Numbered from the stretch's first letter, positions 14,739-29,363 are shown. The stretch: DNA of 64,000 nucleotides from Trichoplax sp. H2 (GCA_003344405.1 NOWV01000210.1:1-64000), one strand, 5' to 3'. Made by a program: numbers and translations. The notes: generated from the sequence alone by a model not told the origin.

Positions 14739-17700
14739 ATGATGCAGTTATTCCCGATGATCTTGATTCTTGTGTGCCTTATTGGTAGCTGTTGGACGTA
14801 CCAGAATTTGACAGTATTATGTATGATTCCATTTTATAAATTGTTTGAACTTGGAAAATCGTGCACGACAGCATCACAAATGGCTGTTGTAGACATTAAC
14901 AAAAATGATAGCATCTTGCCTGGTTTTAAATTGAATTTAGAATACGCTGATAGTAAGGTAGGAGTGTTATATTTATTCTTTAATTGAAATTTTGATTATA
15001 TGCAGAAGTATGTTTAGATTAATTTAAAAGTAACATAACCGAGCATCAATTGGTCTTCCTGTAAAACTCGCTAGATGAACGAAGGCACTGCTCTTAAAAA
15101 TTTTATCGATGCCGTTTCTCATCCGCCTACTAAGGTAGCCGTCATTGGCCCATTTATTACATCCGCAAATCAGTATATCGCTAGTATAACAAAATACTGG
15201 AATTTAATTCAGGTAATTTATTATGATTCATTCTACATTATCCACAAAGAAAAAATTATAATAAAGATTGGTGCTAGAGATTATCAGTAGTATAATGGTA
15301 AAGACACTTTTCGCTATGCCACGCACAGGTACATAGCACCGTAGGTTTAAATCTCAAACAGATAAAAGCATATATTTTAAATGGTGTTTCTAAGTTCTTC
15401 CAGTAAGTTTTTCTTAACGATTTATCTAAAATGCTGTAAAGTCTTTAGCGTACAATAGTTTCAAACTGATGCAATTCAATGAAGAAATGTAGACACCGAA
15501 CCGTTTTACGCTATATTATTAATTACTAAAGATTTCCATATTCGCATACTATAGTGTTGACAGATTAATTAGCAATCTAAGAAAATTAATTTACTTATTA
15601 GGACATTTCAGCCACTACATTAAACTCGATACAATTATCTTAGAACTTGCTTTCCAATATTACACGTTTTAATTTATGTTCAATCTAAAATAAAGAAGGA
15701 AGCTTATTTTTTTGGACATGTACCGTATTCTTTTGGAAAATCGATACATGTAGTCCTGGTTTGACAATTCATTTTTAATTATTGAATATTATCTTAATTA
15801 TTTAAGTCATATTGCCTATAGTTGATGAAAGCTATTAAAATTGACTACTTTCTAACAGTATAATATCGCTTTATTTTATTAAGATGGGTTATGCGACATC
15901 GGATTTATCTTTGGCCAATAGAAAGAAATATCCTAATTACTATCGGACATCGATTACTGAAGATAGTTATGTGTTGGCACAAATTGCTCTATTTAAACAT
16001 TTTAGTTGGAAAAAGATCGCAATTGTTTATGCATCCAGCGGAAGCTACCCAGGAGTATGTTATCACTTAGTACTTGGTATTATATTTTGTAGATTTCGAT
16101 AAAAGTAGAAATCATTATTATAGCAGCTCAATTTTGAAAGACCTATTATGTCTTAGACTAGATTAGAATATAAGTATCCGTGTCACAAAACAGCTTTGCA
16201 ACAAGATAACGCAATATACGATCAATAAGTCAATTCCTTGAACCACGTATCAAGGAACGATATCTGCTCTATCACAAATACTTTTGCTCTACTAGCAGAC
16301 TACACAAAGACTTAAACACCTCGTATTTTACGTTAAACACTAAGTTGGAGAATCCACTTTATTTCACGATATACTGCATTTATATACTATTCCTCAATAT
16401 TTCATGAGTCATAGTTAATACAATTAACATTGGAATAATTTACTGAATTAGATATTAATTTTAGCTACTGCTCCCTTAATGCAGACAACAGTATTTACGA
16501 ACATAGACATGTAATGACTAATACAGAATAGTCAGATTATGATATGTCCTATCACGGAACATTTCCATGATAATTTACAGTCTACCAAAAGTAAATTACA
16601 ATCACAATGATTGGAGTCGTAAGTAGATGATTTGCATTCCATATTATAACTATTAATTTCAGTATGTGTATAAGTGTCACTGTCATAAAAAGTCAGTGCT
16701 ATATTAAAACACAGTATATCCAAATTAGAAGTTAACTAAATAAGGATAGTCTAACAGAATTATCCTAACATAGATATTTCTACTGTAATACAGTATTTAA
16801 CACTGTAACAATCCGTCGACTTAAATACCAGTTAAACGCTTTCAGTATACAGATAGTTAAAAAATGTAAACGATTTGCTGCAATTATAGCCAGATTTGCC
16901 CTCAGATGTGCTTTTAATAGTAATGCTGTAGTAAAAAACAGCACATCATCGGGTTAACTACAAAAATCATGCTTTCAACCAACAACACATTTATAACAGT
17001 TACCCATTTAGATATGTGCATCAGTAATTTTGAAAACAGAATAGAGCGAAAATGATGAAATATTACCATGGTAATGTCGTTGTTCCGATTAGAAGATACT
17101 GCATTGAGTTTTAAGCTTTAGCTGAATAAATTAAGCAGTAGATATTAAATTGATTTCAGTAACGGAATAATGTTAATAATATTATAGCTGCTATGTAAAT
17201 ATGATGTATATAGTCTGAATTTTAATTACTTGTTATTATCACGACAGGTAGCAACTTTAATTCAGCAGCAGTTATCCAAGGCAAATATTGAAATTCTAGT
17301 TATGGAAAGTTTCGATAGTAAGCAAACTATAGCCATTAATGGCATTAAGGTATTTTAATTGCTTTCCCGGATGCTAATGCACAATTCACTCGATATGACT
17401 ATTGTTTTTTTTTAGTAATGTACAGCACATTATTCGACACATAAAGAAGCGAAGGCAAAATTCTTCTTCTTCTTACTAGTTTACAAACACTATTGAGATA
17501 GTCTTTTTATTTACTACCAATGTAGGAAAAGGATACTCGAATCATTGTTGTGGTGGGTAATATACATAATACCAGTCCTTTGCTTTGCGAGGTTAGTATT
17601 AAACTACCGTTCAACCTTTTAGGCTTGCAGTCTTTATTTCTGAATTTCCTTGTAAACCGAAATGGAATTTCCATAATCTAATCTAATAAATTGATACTCA

Positions 17701-20700
17701 ATTTGATACTATATACGCATATAAGCAGCAAATTTAGAAATAAAAATTTATCATATATATTTTGATCAATTATATAATTATATATTACCTTAACTACTGG
17801 CATTCATTTTAAGTAAGAATGATATAAGCGTTCTAAAACCAAATAAACATGGCGATATAAATAATCTAAATAATACTAAATTCTAAACTTTCCAAAGATA
17901 ATAATCATTACACAATAAATGATGCTAAATATTCCTAATAATCAGTATTACATTCTTAATTAAAGATCAGCAGTTATTATTGATAATATAATAAGGCTTA
18001 AAAAGATTTAATTATGATTGTATTTTCCGATGCAGTGCCAATGTAATTCGTAAATGAAATTTCGAATGGAATACTTTTCTTTCCTTGAACATTTGAGTCC
18101 TAAATAATCAGACAGTTTTTAGTCTTCGTAGTAATAACTCAATTCAATATTTGCTGATATAAACTCTTTTATCTGGCTGTAAACCTCCTTACCTCAAATT
18201 TACAATTATTGTGATCCAAATTACTACTAAAAAAATCATTCTTTCTTATCCATTCCTAAAATGTTTCAAACTATTCTACATTTTAGCTTGTTTCAAAAAT
18301 GCAACGCAATCGGTTGCTTTTAGAAAAATATAAAAACTGTCATCACTTTTAAAATATAAATGCGGTGATAGAGAAAGCCATAGAGTCGAACAGATATTCA
18401 AGAGTTAGAAATCTTACGTATTATATAACTGGGAAAAGCTAGTACAGTACTCAAACTGACAGTGAGAATAAACCAGAAAACTCTATACAAATGTAGCAAT
18501 AACTTGAGTTATATCGACATTCGATATACGGTAAGTTACTTACATCGCCGCGTTAAGGTTGCACAGTAACACAAATTCAGTAAATTCTAAAACATTAATG
18601 CATATGAGTCGACTGTCAGAGAATTTAGAAAGTATGATTAAATGTCGTAAATATAGATCTCAATCGCTTTAATTTTTATTTTTAAGTTCTTAATATCGCC
18701 TTTATTTAATTATGGAAATTGATCGTAACCACATTATTGACAAGAAAAGGATAAATTAAATTTATTTTTTAAGAAGACAATAATTCTTTACATCCATGTA
18801 AATTTTTGAAAGGCTTACAAAGCCGGAATTTACGGATATCAGTACGTTTGGTTAATGGTTGGCAAGTATGATAATAACTGGTGGAGTAGAGAGCCTCTTT
18901 ATTCTAACTGTACCGCTGAAGAACTGGAAGGTGTTATTATCAATTCGACTTATTATTCGAGAGTACCCCTTTATTCCACATCTCATCGACAAACTATTTA
19001 CGGAAAGGTATCATAATTCTTTGGAAGTTTATATGTTACGGCCGATACCGGTAACGCAGCCAAAAATAATAATTGTAGTAATTATTGTCGCAATAGATGT
19101 ACCGCTATATATTAACTTGTTCCTTATAAAATATGTTTAATAAGCGATTAAAAGTTTAATAATAATATAAAAACTAACCATATTGTAGAATGGAACCCAA
19201 TTTTATCAAGATTTTCTAACGAAAATTAAATCTAGCAGCACACGCTGTATGGTAGCTGGGCAGCTTTATGATGCTGTCTGGACTATGGCTTTAGCTTTAA
19301 ATGCCACAGAAAATCGACTGCAAAATCTAAATTACTCACTGAAACAATTTCAATATAATGATAAACGAACCAATACAATTTTGGCTGACGAATTGAACCG
19401 AATTAAATTTTATGGCACAACGGTATGTACCAGTAAAGGCTTATAGCCAATTAGATTGATACTGTAACAAAAAGTTATTACAGTTTATGTAAATACATTG
19501 AAGTTATTAACAGATAGATATTAACATAAGTATTAAACGATTTTGTACTTTTAGGGTCAGGTACACTTTGATAATGGGACTCGGCTAGGAGACATAGAAA
19601 TCTTACGACAAGAAGGTGAGATTGATGATAAATTTATAATTTAATTTCCCATAAAATTTTTAAAATAAAATTTATCTATTTTAATTAACAAGTGATAACC
19701 AATTGCTAACTTTGAGCATGCTGTACAAACAATTAACTAAAATTAGAAGTTAGATCTGATTTAAAATTATCTCAAATAATATTAATGGCGTTACTTATGA
19801 TAACATAAAATAAGATTTGGAAACATAATATTATTAAAATAGTAGATATTTAAGCTTTATATTTTTATTTCTGGACTCTAGCGAAGCTGTTTGATAGGTT
19901 ATTGTTGTCAATATATTGTGTAGAATAAAATAACCTACAATTAAAAAGTAATACAAAATTTAAGACAGTTGACAATAATGAGCAGATGAAGCTAAGCTTA
20001 TGATAATTTAGGAGTTTCGATTTCAACTTTACAAAAGGTGATAGTAATCATAGAATTTTGTTCGTGTACTTAGTTGTGTAAGTTCAAGTGATCTGTTCAC
20101 AATCTTCAAGTTGTAGTTTAGCTAAGTATCACATTTAAGCAGCTATGATATTGTCATAAGAAATTCTTCCTTACTACCAGACTTAGTTTTACTCCTATGT
20201 AGTATCACAAATCGTTAGAGAATCGGTAATAAAATACGCTGCTTAAAATTCTGTATGTGATTTACTATGGCCTACGATTTATTAATTGAGTAGAATCTGT
20301 AGTACATGTTTTGCTATATGAAAATGATAATAAACTAATACTAAACTCCATTTTATGAATGGGTGCATTGATATATTCAATGAATAGCATTAGCAAAGAT
20401 GGGTTATAAGTCATAATTTAAAAAATATTATTTTACAGATGATAAACTTCAAATGATTGGCGTCTATCGACAAGACCTGAAGAAATTAATAGTAAAACAA
20501 ACTTTTAGTTGGCCAGGTATAGTATCTGTACTACAAATAATTCGTATGTATATCAAATTATTTGACGGGAAAATTAATAAATGCAACCTAGAAATATAAA
20601 GACTATTTAAAATAATATCAAGTGATTTACTTATAATTTAAGGTGGTTACCGACCCCGGGATCAAGTGGAAATTATAGTCCAGATAGATAGCATATCCAA

Positions 20701-22716
20701 CGTGGTTTTCATTTCGTTTTGTTCTTGTGCTGCTGCCGGAATAGTGCTTGCTGTAGCTATTGCGGGATTTGTGGCTTACTTTAGAAATAACAGGTTAATA
20801 CCTAGTAAAGAAGATAACGAATAATGATTTTCACATTGCAATTATGAAAACTTAAAATTTTAATAATAGTGTATTGAATAAATGAAGCTCTTCTACATAA
20901 TGAAGCTTAAATAAATTGTACTATATAGAATCACATAAAAATATTTTCAACTAAGATTAACCTAGTTAACACTGAATTTGCATTTAATTGCTAGGTTTAT
21001 CAAGATGTCAAGTCCCAATTTAAATTACTGTATCTTAAATGGATGTATCATGTGCTACCTATCGGTAGTATTTTTAGGACTAGATGGCCGTTTCATTCCC
21101 GCAATTCAACGACAATACATGTGCACCATCCAAATTTGGTTTCTAAGTTTAGGTTTTACTATAGCATTTGGTGCAGTAACTGTTAAGACTTGGCGAATAT
21201 ATAGAATATTCTTTAATGCCAGTGGCTTAAAATTGGTTGGTTGCGTCGCATTTTAAAATTTCAAGTTTCAATTATGAATTAGATTCTAAAAAAAATACTA
21301 AATGACATATATTAGTTCACGTAATACCCAAATTGAATTATACGCCAATGAACTGACAACAAGTGCAATTTTATGTTCAATTATCTAGGTTGTCAAGGAC
21401 TTACGATTGATTGGATATGTAGTGCAGATTCTTGCAATTGATGCTGTGATTTTGATTTTATGGGCCGTAATAGATCCTATTAAAACTACTGTAGTGAATA
21501 CCGAAAAAGTAAAGGTAATAATTGCCTGTATTATCCATCTTAATCAAAAAATGTATCTAATTATAAAAATTACATTTATATAATAAAAAAATCGCATAGC
21601 TAATGCACTCTCTGAGCGTAAATATTTAGAAATTAAATGCAAGTACGAAATATATTTGATGTACCTCTGCGCTACAGTCTTAGTATTTGAGTTCATTTCT
21701 TGGCCTAAATTATGATCAAGGAGAACTTATCACTAGTTGGTTCGTTATAATAAAGTAAGTCTACTATTTAGTTTATTGATTAATATTTATTTGGGTGCAC
21801 AGAAACTTTCAAATACAAATATAGAAATCATCGTACAAAAACAAATTCAAGTCTGCCAGTCTTCGCACAATACCATTTGGCTAGCAGCAATATTTTCCTA
21901 TAAGATGCTTCTACTACTTTGGGGTGTAATTTTAGCATGGAAAACAAGAAAGATAGATATTGATTCACTCAATGATTCACGTTCTCTCGCTATGACAATT
22001 TATAACATTTTCGTCCTAAGCTGCGCTGGAGTTACTATTAACTTGGTATCTCATCTAATTCTTGATGCGGGTTATGCTTTAAAAGCTGGATTTATAATCT
22101 TATGTACCACAACGTCCATGGCTTTAATATTTATCCCGAAGGTAAATAACCATATTAACAAAGCATTTAGGCAGTAAGAAACTAGATATATTATCAAATA
22201 AGCAGAACAGTTAGAATGCATCGTGTACGATTAGGATGATAAAAATCAACTTATTCTGAATTACTTAAACGTACAGTTAAGAATATTCAAAATCCACAAT
22301 TTACATTTTGGACGGAGTATTTCAAATGAAACACTAAAGATAGTTCACCAATAAATCCAATATAGCAATTTTATAATATTAACTCTTTAATTATAGATAT
22401 CTCAAGTCAAATTTAAATCAGTAACTCTAGTCGGCTCTCCCAGATACAATCGAAAAATTCATAATGCATATTCAAAATCGCATTTGAGTAACAGAGACAA
22501 GGAATTAGAGTTAATGAAGTTAAAGTTAATAATTTCTGAGGTAAGACTACTAAACTGGACAAATTGTATAGTTTGTAGTTTTAATTCTAATATTCTATGT
22601 TGCAAGCAAAGGGTAAGACGATAAGATTATTCTTTTGCCCAATTTTTTTATTCCTATAGCTACAGCAAAAGATGCAGCAAATGAAAAGAGATAAAGCGAG
22701 CATTGATAAAATCTAA
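14739..22716 (+). CDS. GABA-B-receptor-like class C GPCR, paralog 2 (complete, 773 aa). Exons: 14739-14957, 15075-15212, 15884-16054, 17248-17349, 17526-17591, 18813-19007, 19189-19422, 19555-19615, 20439-20516, 20643-20793, 20995-21235, 21389-21514, 21803-22141, 22397-22540, 22660-22716
   Basis: Signal peptide MMQLFPMILILVCLIGSCW, then VFT, 7TM (IKMSSPNLN, KTWRI, SLNDS, FIPK) and coiled-coil tail (ELELMKLKLIISELQQKMQQM). Exon lengths sum to 2322 nt, in frame, all GT-AG. Confidence 0.95.
16181..16810 (-). mobile_element. Solo LTR family A, copy 2 (intron 3 of paralog 2)
   Basis: TGTCACA...TGTAACA ends with perfect TSD ATCCG (16176-16180, 16811-16815). Minus-strand TATA near 16380 and AATAAA at 16358-16363. 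Confidence 0.9.
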
Positions 22717-22752
22717 ATATGTTTAAATTGTTCACACAAACTGATATGTTAC

Positions 22753-23321
22753 TGTAATGTAACTTAGTATTGTGACTGTAGACTGTTAGCCATGTTTAGT
22801 ATAATGCACGGTAGCGTAACTTCTATATTTATCCTAAGAGATATTTGGTAGCCATAACTATAGACTGCAGTGGTATAGACTCTATGCTAGGGTACAGATG
22901 ACTATATACAGTAAGGTGTTGAGTTACTAATAAGATTATAGGTAAAAATAGAACTGTAAATCATATATAAGGATATGGTTAATTTATTGTACTTTGACTG
23001 GTGTAAATAATATCTACGTAAATACTGTAGTCGTATCCATATTGGATTAATGATGGTCCGCAGTAGAATAGTCTTACTAAGAATAAATTAACTACGTGTA
23101 AAATAAGGTAAAAGGTTTCCATGCGAATTGTAGCTGCGAATGCTACCAAAAGTATAAAAGTATAAAAGCATGCAACTTTAGATTATTCTGTTAGTTCTTT
23201 CTAGAAGTCTTTAGTAGTAGTATTCGGCTAGAGTAGAGCAGTGAGTGTTAATCTTTGTATAAGATTCAATAAAGCCTTTATTTTTCTAAAATTTGGAATT
23301 TCGTGATCGGTATATATCACA
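22753..23321 (+). mobile_element. Solo LTR family B, copy 1 (36 bp after the paralog 2 stop codon)
   Basis: TGTAATG...TATCACA ends with perfect TSD GTTAC. TATAAAA at 23153, AATAAA at 23082 and 23268. Homologous to 35048-35603 and 44367-44917. Confidence 0.9.
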
Positions 23322-24477
23322 GTTACTCTACAGGAGAAATAAATTAAAATCTTTCAACACTATTAGATATTTTACTTATTTACCGGTAGAGTTAATTAAG
23401 TAATGATATATAATATTAAATGACAGCAGCTTCATTTTCCTAAAAATATTTGATCTGTAAATACAGAATAAGATTTATTTATTAGTAATTTCCATAAATA
23501 AGGCTATAATCTAATAAAAAGGTATTTTTTGTCCGCTATAATGTGGCTGACAATTTCAAAAATAAGGAGATTACCGAACGAGGAAAATACTTTTAATATG
23601 GTGAATATCACTGCTATCAAGTTAATACTGATAGAAAATAACACGAAATTAATTTAGATGAAAATAATCGATTGCTTTGTTTATATTTTAATTAGCTCTA
23701 TCATAATGGCTTTTTCTAAATAATCTTAATTTAGAATGGAATCTATTACGTTCTAACAGTTTAGTTTATAATACTTATTTATTTGTAGATCAACCAGGCG
23801 ATATACTTATTTTTAATGTACACTACAGGTAGTTCCATTTCTATCAAGCTTGCTAATTACGAATACATGGAGGTTTACATTAAGCAAAACTCTAGAAAGA
23901 GAGCTTCAAGCTAGTGATATCCTATCGCTCAGATTTCAATTATTACAACACTACTTTGCATGTAGTTATTTTATAATGTAATAAAGCTGTAACTGTTTGT
24001 ATTTACAAATATTTCTGCGAAATTTGGGGAAAGAATATAAAATATTTCTTTACGTAAAATCCGAGATAGTCCTTTGAGTTAGTAAATATATTGCAAAAAC
24101 TTATCTACACATAATTTATGTACTATATTCAGATTGTATTGCAATTAAGATATTCTTTACATAGCAATTCTACATTAATCTTGAATTCAGAACATCTAAC
24201 AATCTACTTACGCGATGTATTCAAATATACCTTTTAATATTTAAATATTTATAATGCTTGCAATCACCACTATTTTCTATAACTATTTACTATTACATAA
24301 GCTATTACGGAATATTATGTGTGTAATCCTAAAATCCTGTTCTCTGCGTATGTGCTAACTCTAAAACCATAAACACTACCGATTTCTGCCTTAGATATCA
24401 CTAGTCACAATTGTTGCCGAGTCAACATTTCCTAGCGTTGCTATACGGCAGCATACAAGGTTCTCTTTGTATCAAAT

Positions 24478-25034
24478 TGTCGCGGTACGCTGTTACTAAT
24501 TAAGCAACTGAATGCTTATGAATAGATAAGATAAGGTTATGTGCTATGTTTAATGCGCTTGTAGCTGATAATAGGATGGTAGAAATGAGATAAAAATAGG
24601 AGTCGTTAACAGTTAATTTACTGTAGGTTTGTAAGGTGTGTTAATCTCTAAAAATTGAGCTGTATATGGACGAAGGTTAAGCGTCTTAACACGTGATAGC
24701 TTGTAGCTATCTAAGTCTGAGAATATCGGCATGTATATTTAGTAATGGTATTATACTAATTAATGTAACTTGTAAAGTATGAATTCTCACTCGTTAATAT
24801 TGGAATTCACTGTAGAAACCTATTTAAGCGCGTGTGTTTGTAGAATAAAGTTAGTAATTGCTCAAGAAACGGCAAGACTCATATCGTGAAGAATAGTGTA
24901 ATAATTAGTCAGTTATCTGTGGAGATCAAATACTTCTCTCATAGAAACTGAAAGTACTGGGAGAAATAGCCCAAGTTTTAAGTAACTACACTAGAGTTCT
25001 TTACTTTCCGTTGTCACAAGTGAGGGTTGTGACA
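24478..25034 (+). mobile_element. Solo LTR family C, copy 1
   Basis: TGTCGCGG...TTGTGACA ends with perfect TSD CAAAT. TATTTAA at 24821, AATAAA at 24844. The first ~180 bp recur inverted at 27879-28066. Confidence 0.88.
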
Positions 25035-25169
25035 CAAATATTTTAGTGTAAAAAATAGGAATGAAAATCTCTAACTAATCAGAGAGTACGATGCAATTTG
25101 TATTGCACTAAATCACGCAATAATTCATAATGAAGTCCGTATTTTGTCTCGAGCTAAAATGTTGGATCA

Positions 25170-25769
25170 AAAGAGTTATAGTATCAGGAAATTTCATATC
25201 TTCGACCCATTTTCGATGTTAAATCAAACTTTCAATCAACATTTTAAGATTTATACTTAGGTTAATATGACTTACTCTAAAATAGCGCTCACTATTTTTA
25301 ATCTTGTTTGAGGGCATTAAAAAGGACTATAATAATCTTAGTTGCCAGCTTATATACTTTTCTTGCATTGGCGGCTACGATCAGCATAGCAATATTTTAC
25401 CATATTTTACATATATCCAGATTATTATTCGTAACAACATTTTATACTAGACCATTATTAATCCAGTTTGGAAATTGCTACAGTATTCACTAATAGATAT
25501 TATTTCTACCTGTCTGAGTACAATGAACTAACCATATACAATTACGCGTATATGATTTATCCATCTATTTTTACCTCTAGCCTTCATAGTAACTCGACAC
25601 CGTATTGTACTCGTATATAGTGATCTGTATTCTGACATAGAATCTTCCACTGCAGTCTATAGTTATAAGCAATTAAACATGTCTTAAGATAACTATAGAA
25701 AGTCACGCTACCGTACATCATACTAAGTATTTCTAATAGTCTCCAATCCTAATACTTAATTACATTAAT
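25170..25769 (-). mobile_element. Old, diverged family B LTR copy in reverse orientation (ends approximate)
   Basis: The reverse complement matches family B blocks, e.g. ttagtatgatgtacggtagcgtgactttctatag, taactatagactgcagtgg and gagttacta..aaggcta.aggtaaaaataga. Termini are decayed and no TSD could be read. Confidence 0.7.
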
Positions 25770-27158
25770 ATGCAAACTGTAATAACAGGATCTCGAGCTT
25801 TATCCGTATTTTATATTAGCGGACTAGTACTGTAGTGCTCTTATCATATCATTCAGCGTAACATTAAGCATGTATTAGACATGTTTATAAAAAATCCTTA
25901 TTATACAAGACACGGTTAAAACCCAAAATGCTGAATATTCTTATTCGGGTTGTTTTAAAAATTTGCAGCTGCTTTGATGAATTGTAGCATAGAAGAAAAG
26001 TGAAAATCTTCTCTGAAAGACGAAAGAAAAATTGTGCGCTATTTCAAATCTGCTTTAGAAATTTAACTTTGCCCTGTCTATTAAGGCATTACTCGCAACA
26101 TTAACTCTATTTATGGATTAAAAGATTATTAGCCTATGATACTAGCGGGAAACTATAGCCAGTCTTTGCAAGAATCATTAAAATATTCGTCAAGTTAACC
26201 GTTGATCATACCATTTTTTGCCATTCGAAAATGAGTGTAGTATCCAATAACTGTATCTACAGTAATTAGGCTAACAAACTAGCTGCTATATTTCTCAATA
26301 TCTCTTTGATCAAATGAATTGTTTCTGTTCCAATCACGTTTCGGAAGTTTCAAAATTTCTGATTCGTAATTCAATACCAATGGTGAGTCACGATAACAAT
26401 TTTGGCTTTGTCAGCATCTCAACCTGTTATCGATAACATTTTTTAAAGTTTTATTCTTAAAACCGAAATATCTGCGTACAGTTATTCGCAGATGCCACGA
26501 AATAATTCTAATCACTGCCCTTAAAATATAACTGATATAAGATATCGGCACTTTTACATCGTCTTAGTTACAGTGAGTTCAATGCTTTCATTATGCTATT
26601 CGAAATGAATGAAATAATATTTCATTCATCATCTAGAACCGCATTTAATTAATTGAAATTTTAAAATAATAACATAATAGCAATGCTATCATTTACTGAC
26701 GCATGCAATGACATATGAAAGTAGTCAATTCCCGGAAATTTCTATTATATCGTTTCAATAACAGACTTCCTATTGTAAGTAAAATACCTATTTCACATTC
26801 TCATTTGATCTCCAGCGTTTTCATAAAGGGTAATATCCGTGACGATAAATATCATTCGATAAGTACCAGCGTAACCCTATCTCATTTTACTGCGACTATT
26901 GATAAACTAGTATGTTATTACGGTATCTACATCATTAGCCAAAGTATAATTTAAATAATTTTAAAGTCTACAACTTGATTACACACTTACCATTACAGCA
27001 CCAGTGATAATTTAACTTCTTATACAGAGATAGTGTATCGTGTGATCATGTCATCGTATGATCCTGTAATGTATCAGTTAAAACTACAATATACACCTAA
27101 AGGAAAAATAAGTTCTCCTACTATACAATTTTTATTTAATTTTATAAATAACTTATTA

Positions 27159-28224
27159 ATGCTAAAGCAATAATAATAGAATGCATTACTAGAACTTCTC
27201 GAGGAAAATAAATATTTGTCCGTTATTTGCAATACCATCATTTAAGGTAGTCAGAAAAATTTAAATATGTGTACAAAATGTACAAGTATAAAAGAAGCGT
27301 ATTGCAATTTGAGTAATATACTCGTACATATTATGCATAAATGATTCGCTTGCTCATACAGTATATATTCACTGCGTATACGCTTATATAACGGACTCGT
27401 TTGTTTATTTATTTACTACATATACACGTATAAGAGGGAACGTCAATATTTTTTAGAGCTTTTTGTAAGACTTCTATTACTTTCAGCAGTGACTTTCCAC
27501 TTAAAGCAAAATCCACAATAATACTTTCGATTAATATCAGATATTAAATTAGGTAAGAAGTTTCATCCACCGCTATTAANNNNNNNNNNNNNNNNNNNNA
27601 TGCTAAAGCAATAATAATAGAATGCATTACTAGAACTTCTCGAGGAAAATAAATATTTGTCCGTTATTTGCAATACCATCATTTAAGGTAGTCAGAAAAA
27701 TTTAAATATGTGTACAAAATGTACAAGTATAAAAGAAGCATATTGCAATTTGAGTAATATACTCGTACATATTATGCATAAATGATTCGCTTGCTCATAC
27801 AGTATATATTCACTGCGTATACGCTTATATAACGGACTCGTTTGTTTATTTATTTACTNNNNNNNNNNNNNNNNNNNNTTTTTAGAGATTAATACACCTT
27901 ATAAACCTACAGTAAATTAACTGCTAACAACTTCTATTTTTATCTCATTTCTACCATCCTATTATCAGCTACAAGCGCATTAAAACATAGCACATAACCT
28001 TATCTTATCTATTCATAAGCATTCATTAATTTACAGTTACTTAATTAGTAACAGCGTACCGTGACATATACACGTATAAGAGGGAACGTCAATATTTTTT
28101 AGAGCATTTTGTAAGACTGCTATTACTTTCAGCAGTGACTTTCCTCTTAAGCAAAATCCACAATAATACTTTCGATTAATATCAGATATCAAATTAGGTA
28201 AGAAGTTTCATCCACCGCTATTAA
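27159..28224. repeat. ~420-bp near-identical duplication split by two 20-N gaps (27580-27599, 27859-27878); probably two haplotypes of one locus
   Basis: 27159-27579 recurs as 27600-27858 plus 28067-28224 with about six small differences. The second copy carries an LTR fragment at the junction. Confidence 0.8.
27879..28066 (-). mobile_element. Family C LTR, partial (remainder lost in the N-gap)
   Basis: The reverse complement begins TGTCACGGTACGCTGTTACTAATTAAG and closely matches 24478-24655. Confidence 0.85.
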
Positions 28225-28827
28225 AGTCGGATAGCTATCAAACATTATTCAATTTCTACACTCAGGAACCAAATCGATAGTTCAGTTTGCAACGTAGACC
28301 TCTACTTAATCCAATAATTGATCTTATCAGTAAACTTCAGCATCGATTTCGTTCCTCAATGTCATTAATGTTATTTATCAGTACGATATCAAAAGTTGGC
28401 TTTCAGAAATAATGATTGAGCTATAAGTTACAAAAATTAGTGTAAGCAGGCCAACAGTAAAACGCCCATCAATATTCCATTAAAGAAATGTCACTACTTA
28501 GGGAACCAAAATTCAATTGCAGTGGTTATTAGCTGCGAAAATTCAGGAATAAATGATATTTCGTTGTTTTCAAGTTTATGTAATGTTCTAAGGATGTCTG
28601 CAATAGCTGCATAAACTGACGGTAACGCTAGGTTCCGATTATTAGCTATAAGTTAAAAATAATATTTCTTGTTTTTGAGACTAAAATTAATAAAGAAAAG
28701 CAAACAGTTACAGCTTGCGAGAATTAAAATTTTACAATCTGATTCTACCAATAGCATAATCTCGTTCTAAAATAAGATGTGCGAAATTCAAAAACGAGCG
28801 TAACGGAACTTAATTGCTATATACTCC

Positions 28828-29363
28828 TGTTACGGTTCATCATTACCGTAAATAAAAAAATGATATTTATTCATATTTTTTTATAAAGTAAAGTTGTGAT
28901 ATGTTAAGTCGTTAATGGATTCCCATTGATGAATGTGTGATAAAGATTGTCACATTTGATTAGTGAGTTGTTAAGTAACAAGTCTAGTTGATTTGTTAAT
29001 TGGAGTAAGAGAGGTAAACACTCAATATTAAATTACAAGTATTTATTCTATACTAACTATCATAAATATATGTTATACAAAATCAAGTATATTGTTAATA
29101 GAATTATGCCGATGGAAACCGGCACAGGTATATCAGAACGTGCCTATAATCATAGAAGGAGTTCTGATATTACCTTGCCTAGTAATATATTCTATCGTTC
29201 GAATAAAGAGGATTTACGAAGTTATCTGGATATACTCACTGCTGAATAAGGTCTTATACTGAGCTGGTCGAGTTAGTGAAGCTTATTAGCAACGGTATAT
29301 TACGGTAGAGCGGATACGCTTGGAATAAAATTAGTTACTTGTGCCACAAACGACATTGTGACA
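28828..29363 (+). mobile_element. Solo-LTR-like element (single copy in window)
   Basis: TGTTACGG...TTGTGACA ends with perfect TSD ACTCC (28823-28827, 29364-29368). AATAAA at 29202 and 29324. The 3' end resembles the family C end. Confidence 0.75.

Noticed and set aside
3749..16723. Minus-strand ORFs 3749-3943 and 16532-16723
   Set aside because: They lie inside LTR-like elements and have no recognisable motif.
7235..16810. Family A copies 1 and 2 (same orientation, ~9 kb apart) as the two LTRs of one full-length retrotransposon
   Set aside because: Copy 2 has its own TSD on both sides, and the interval contains receptor exons but no gag/pol.
18338..18571. Possible further solo LTR (TATA near 18421, AATAAA near 18467, ...GTAACA end)
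   Set aside because: No matching TG start with a 5-bp TSD was found, and there is no second copy in the window.
18859..19140. 93-aa ORF in the ORF track
   Set aside because: It is an off-frame reading of paralog 2 exon 6 running into the intron.
28948..29363. Perfect TGTCACA...TGTGACA inverted pair as element boundaries
   Set aside because: The flanks do not match. The TG at 28828 gives a perfect ACTCC TSD instead.
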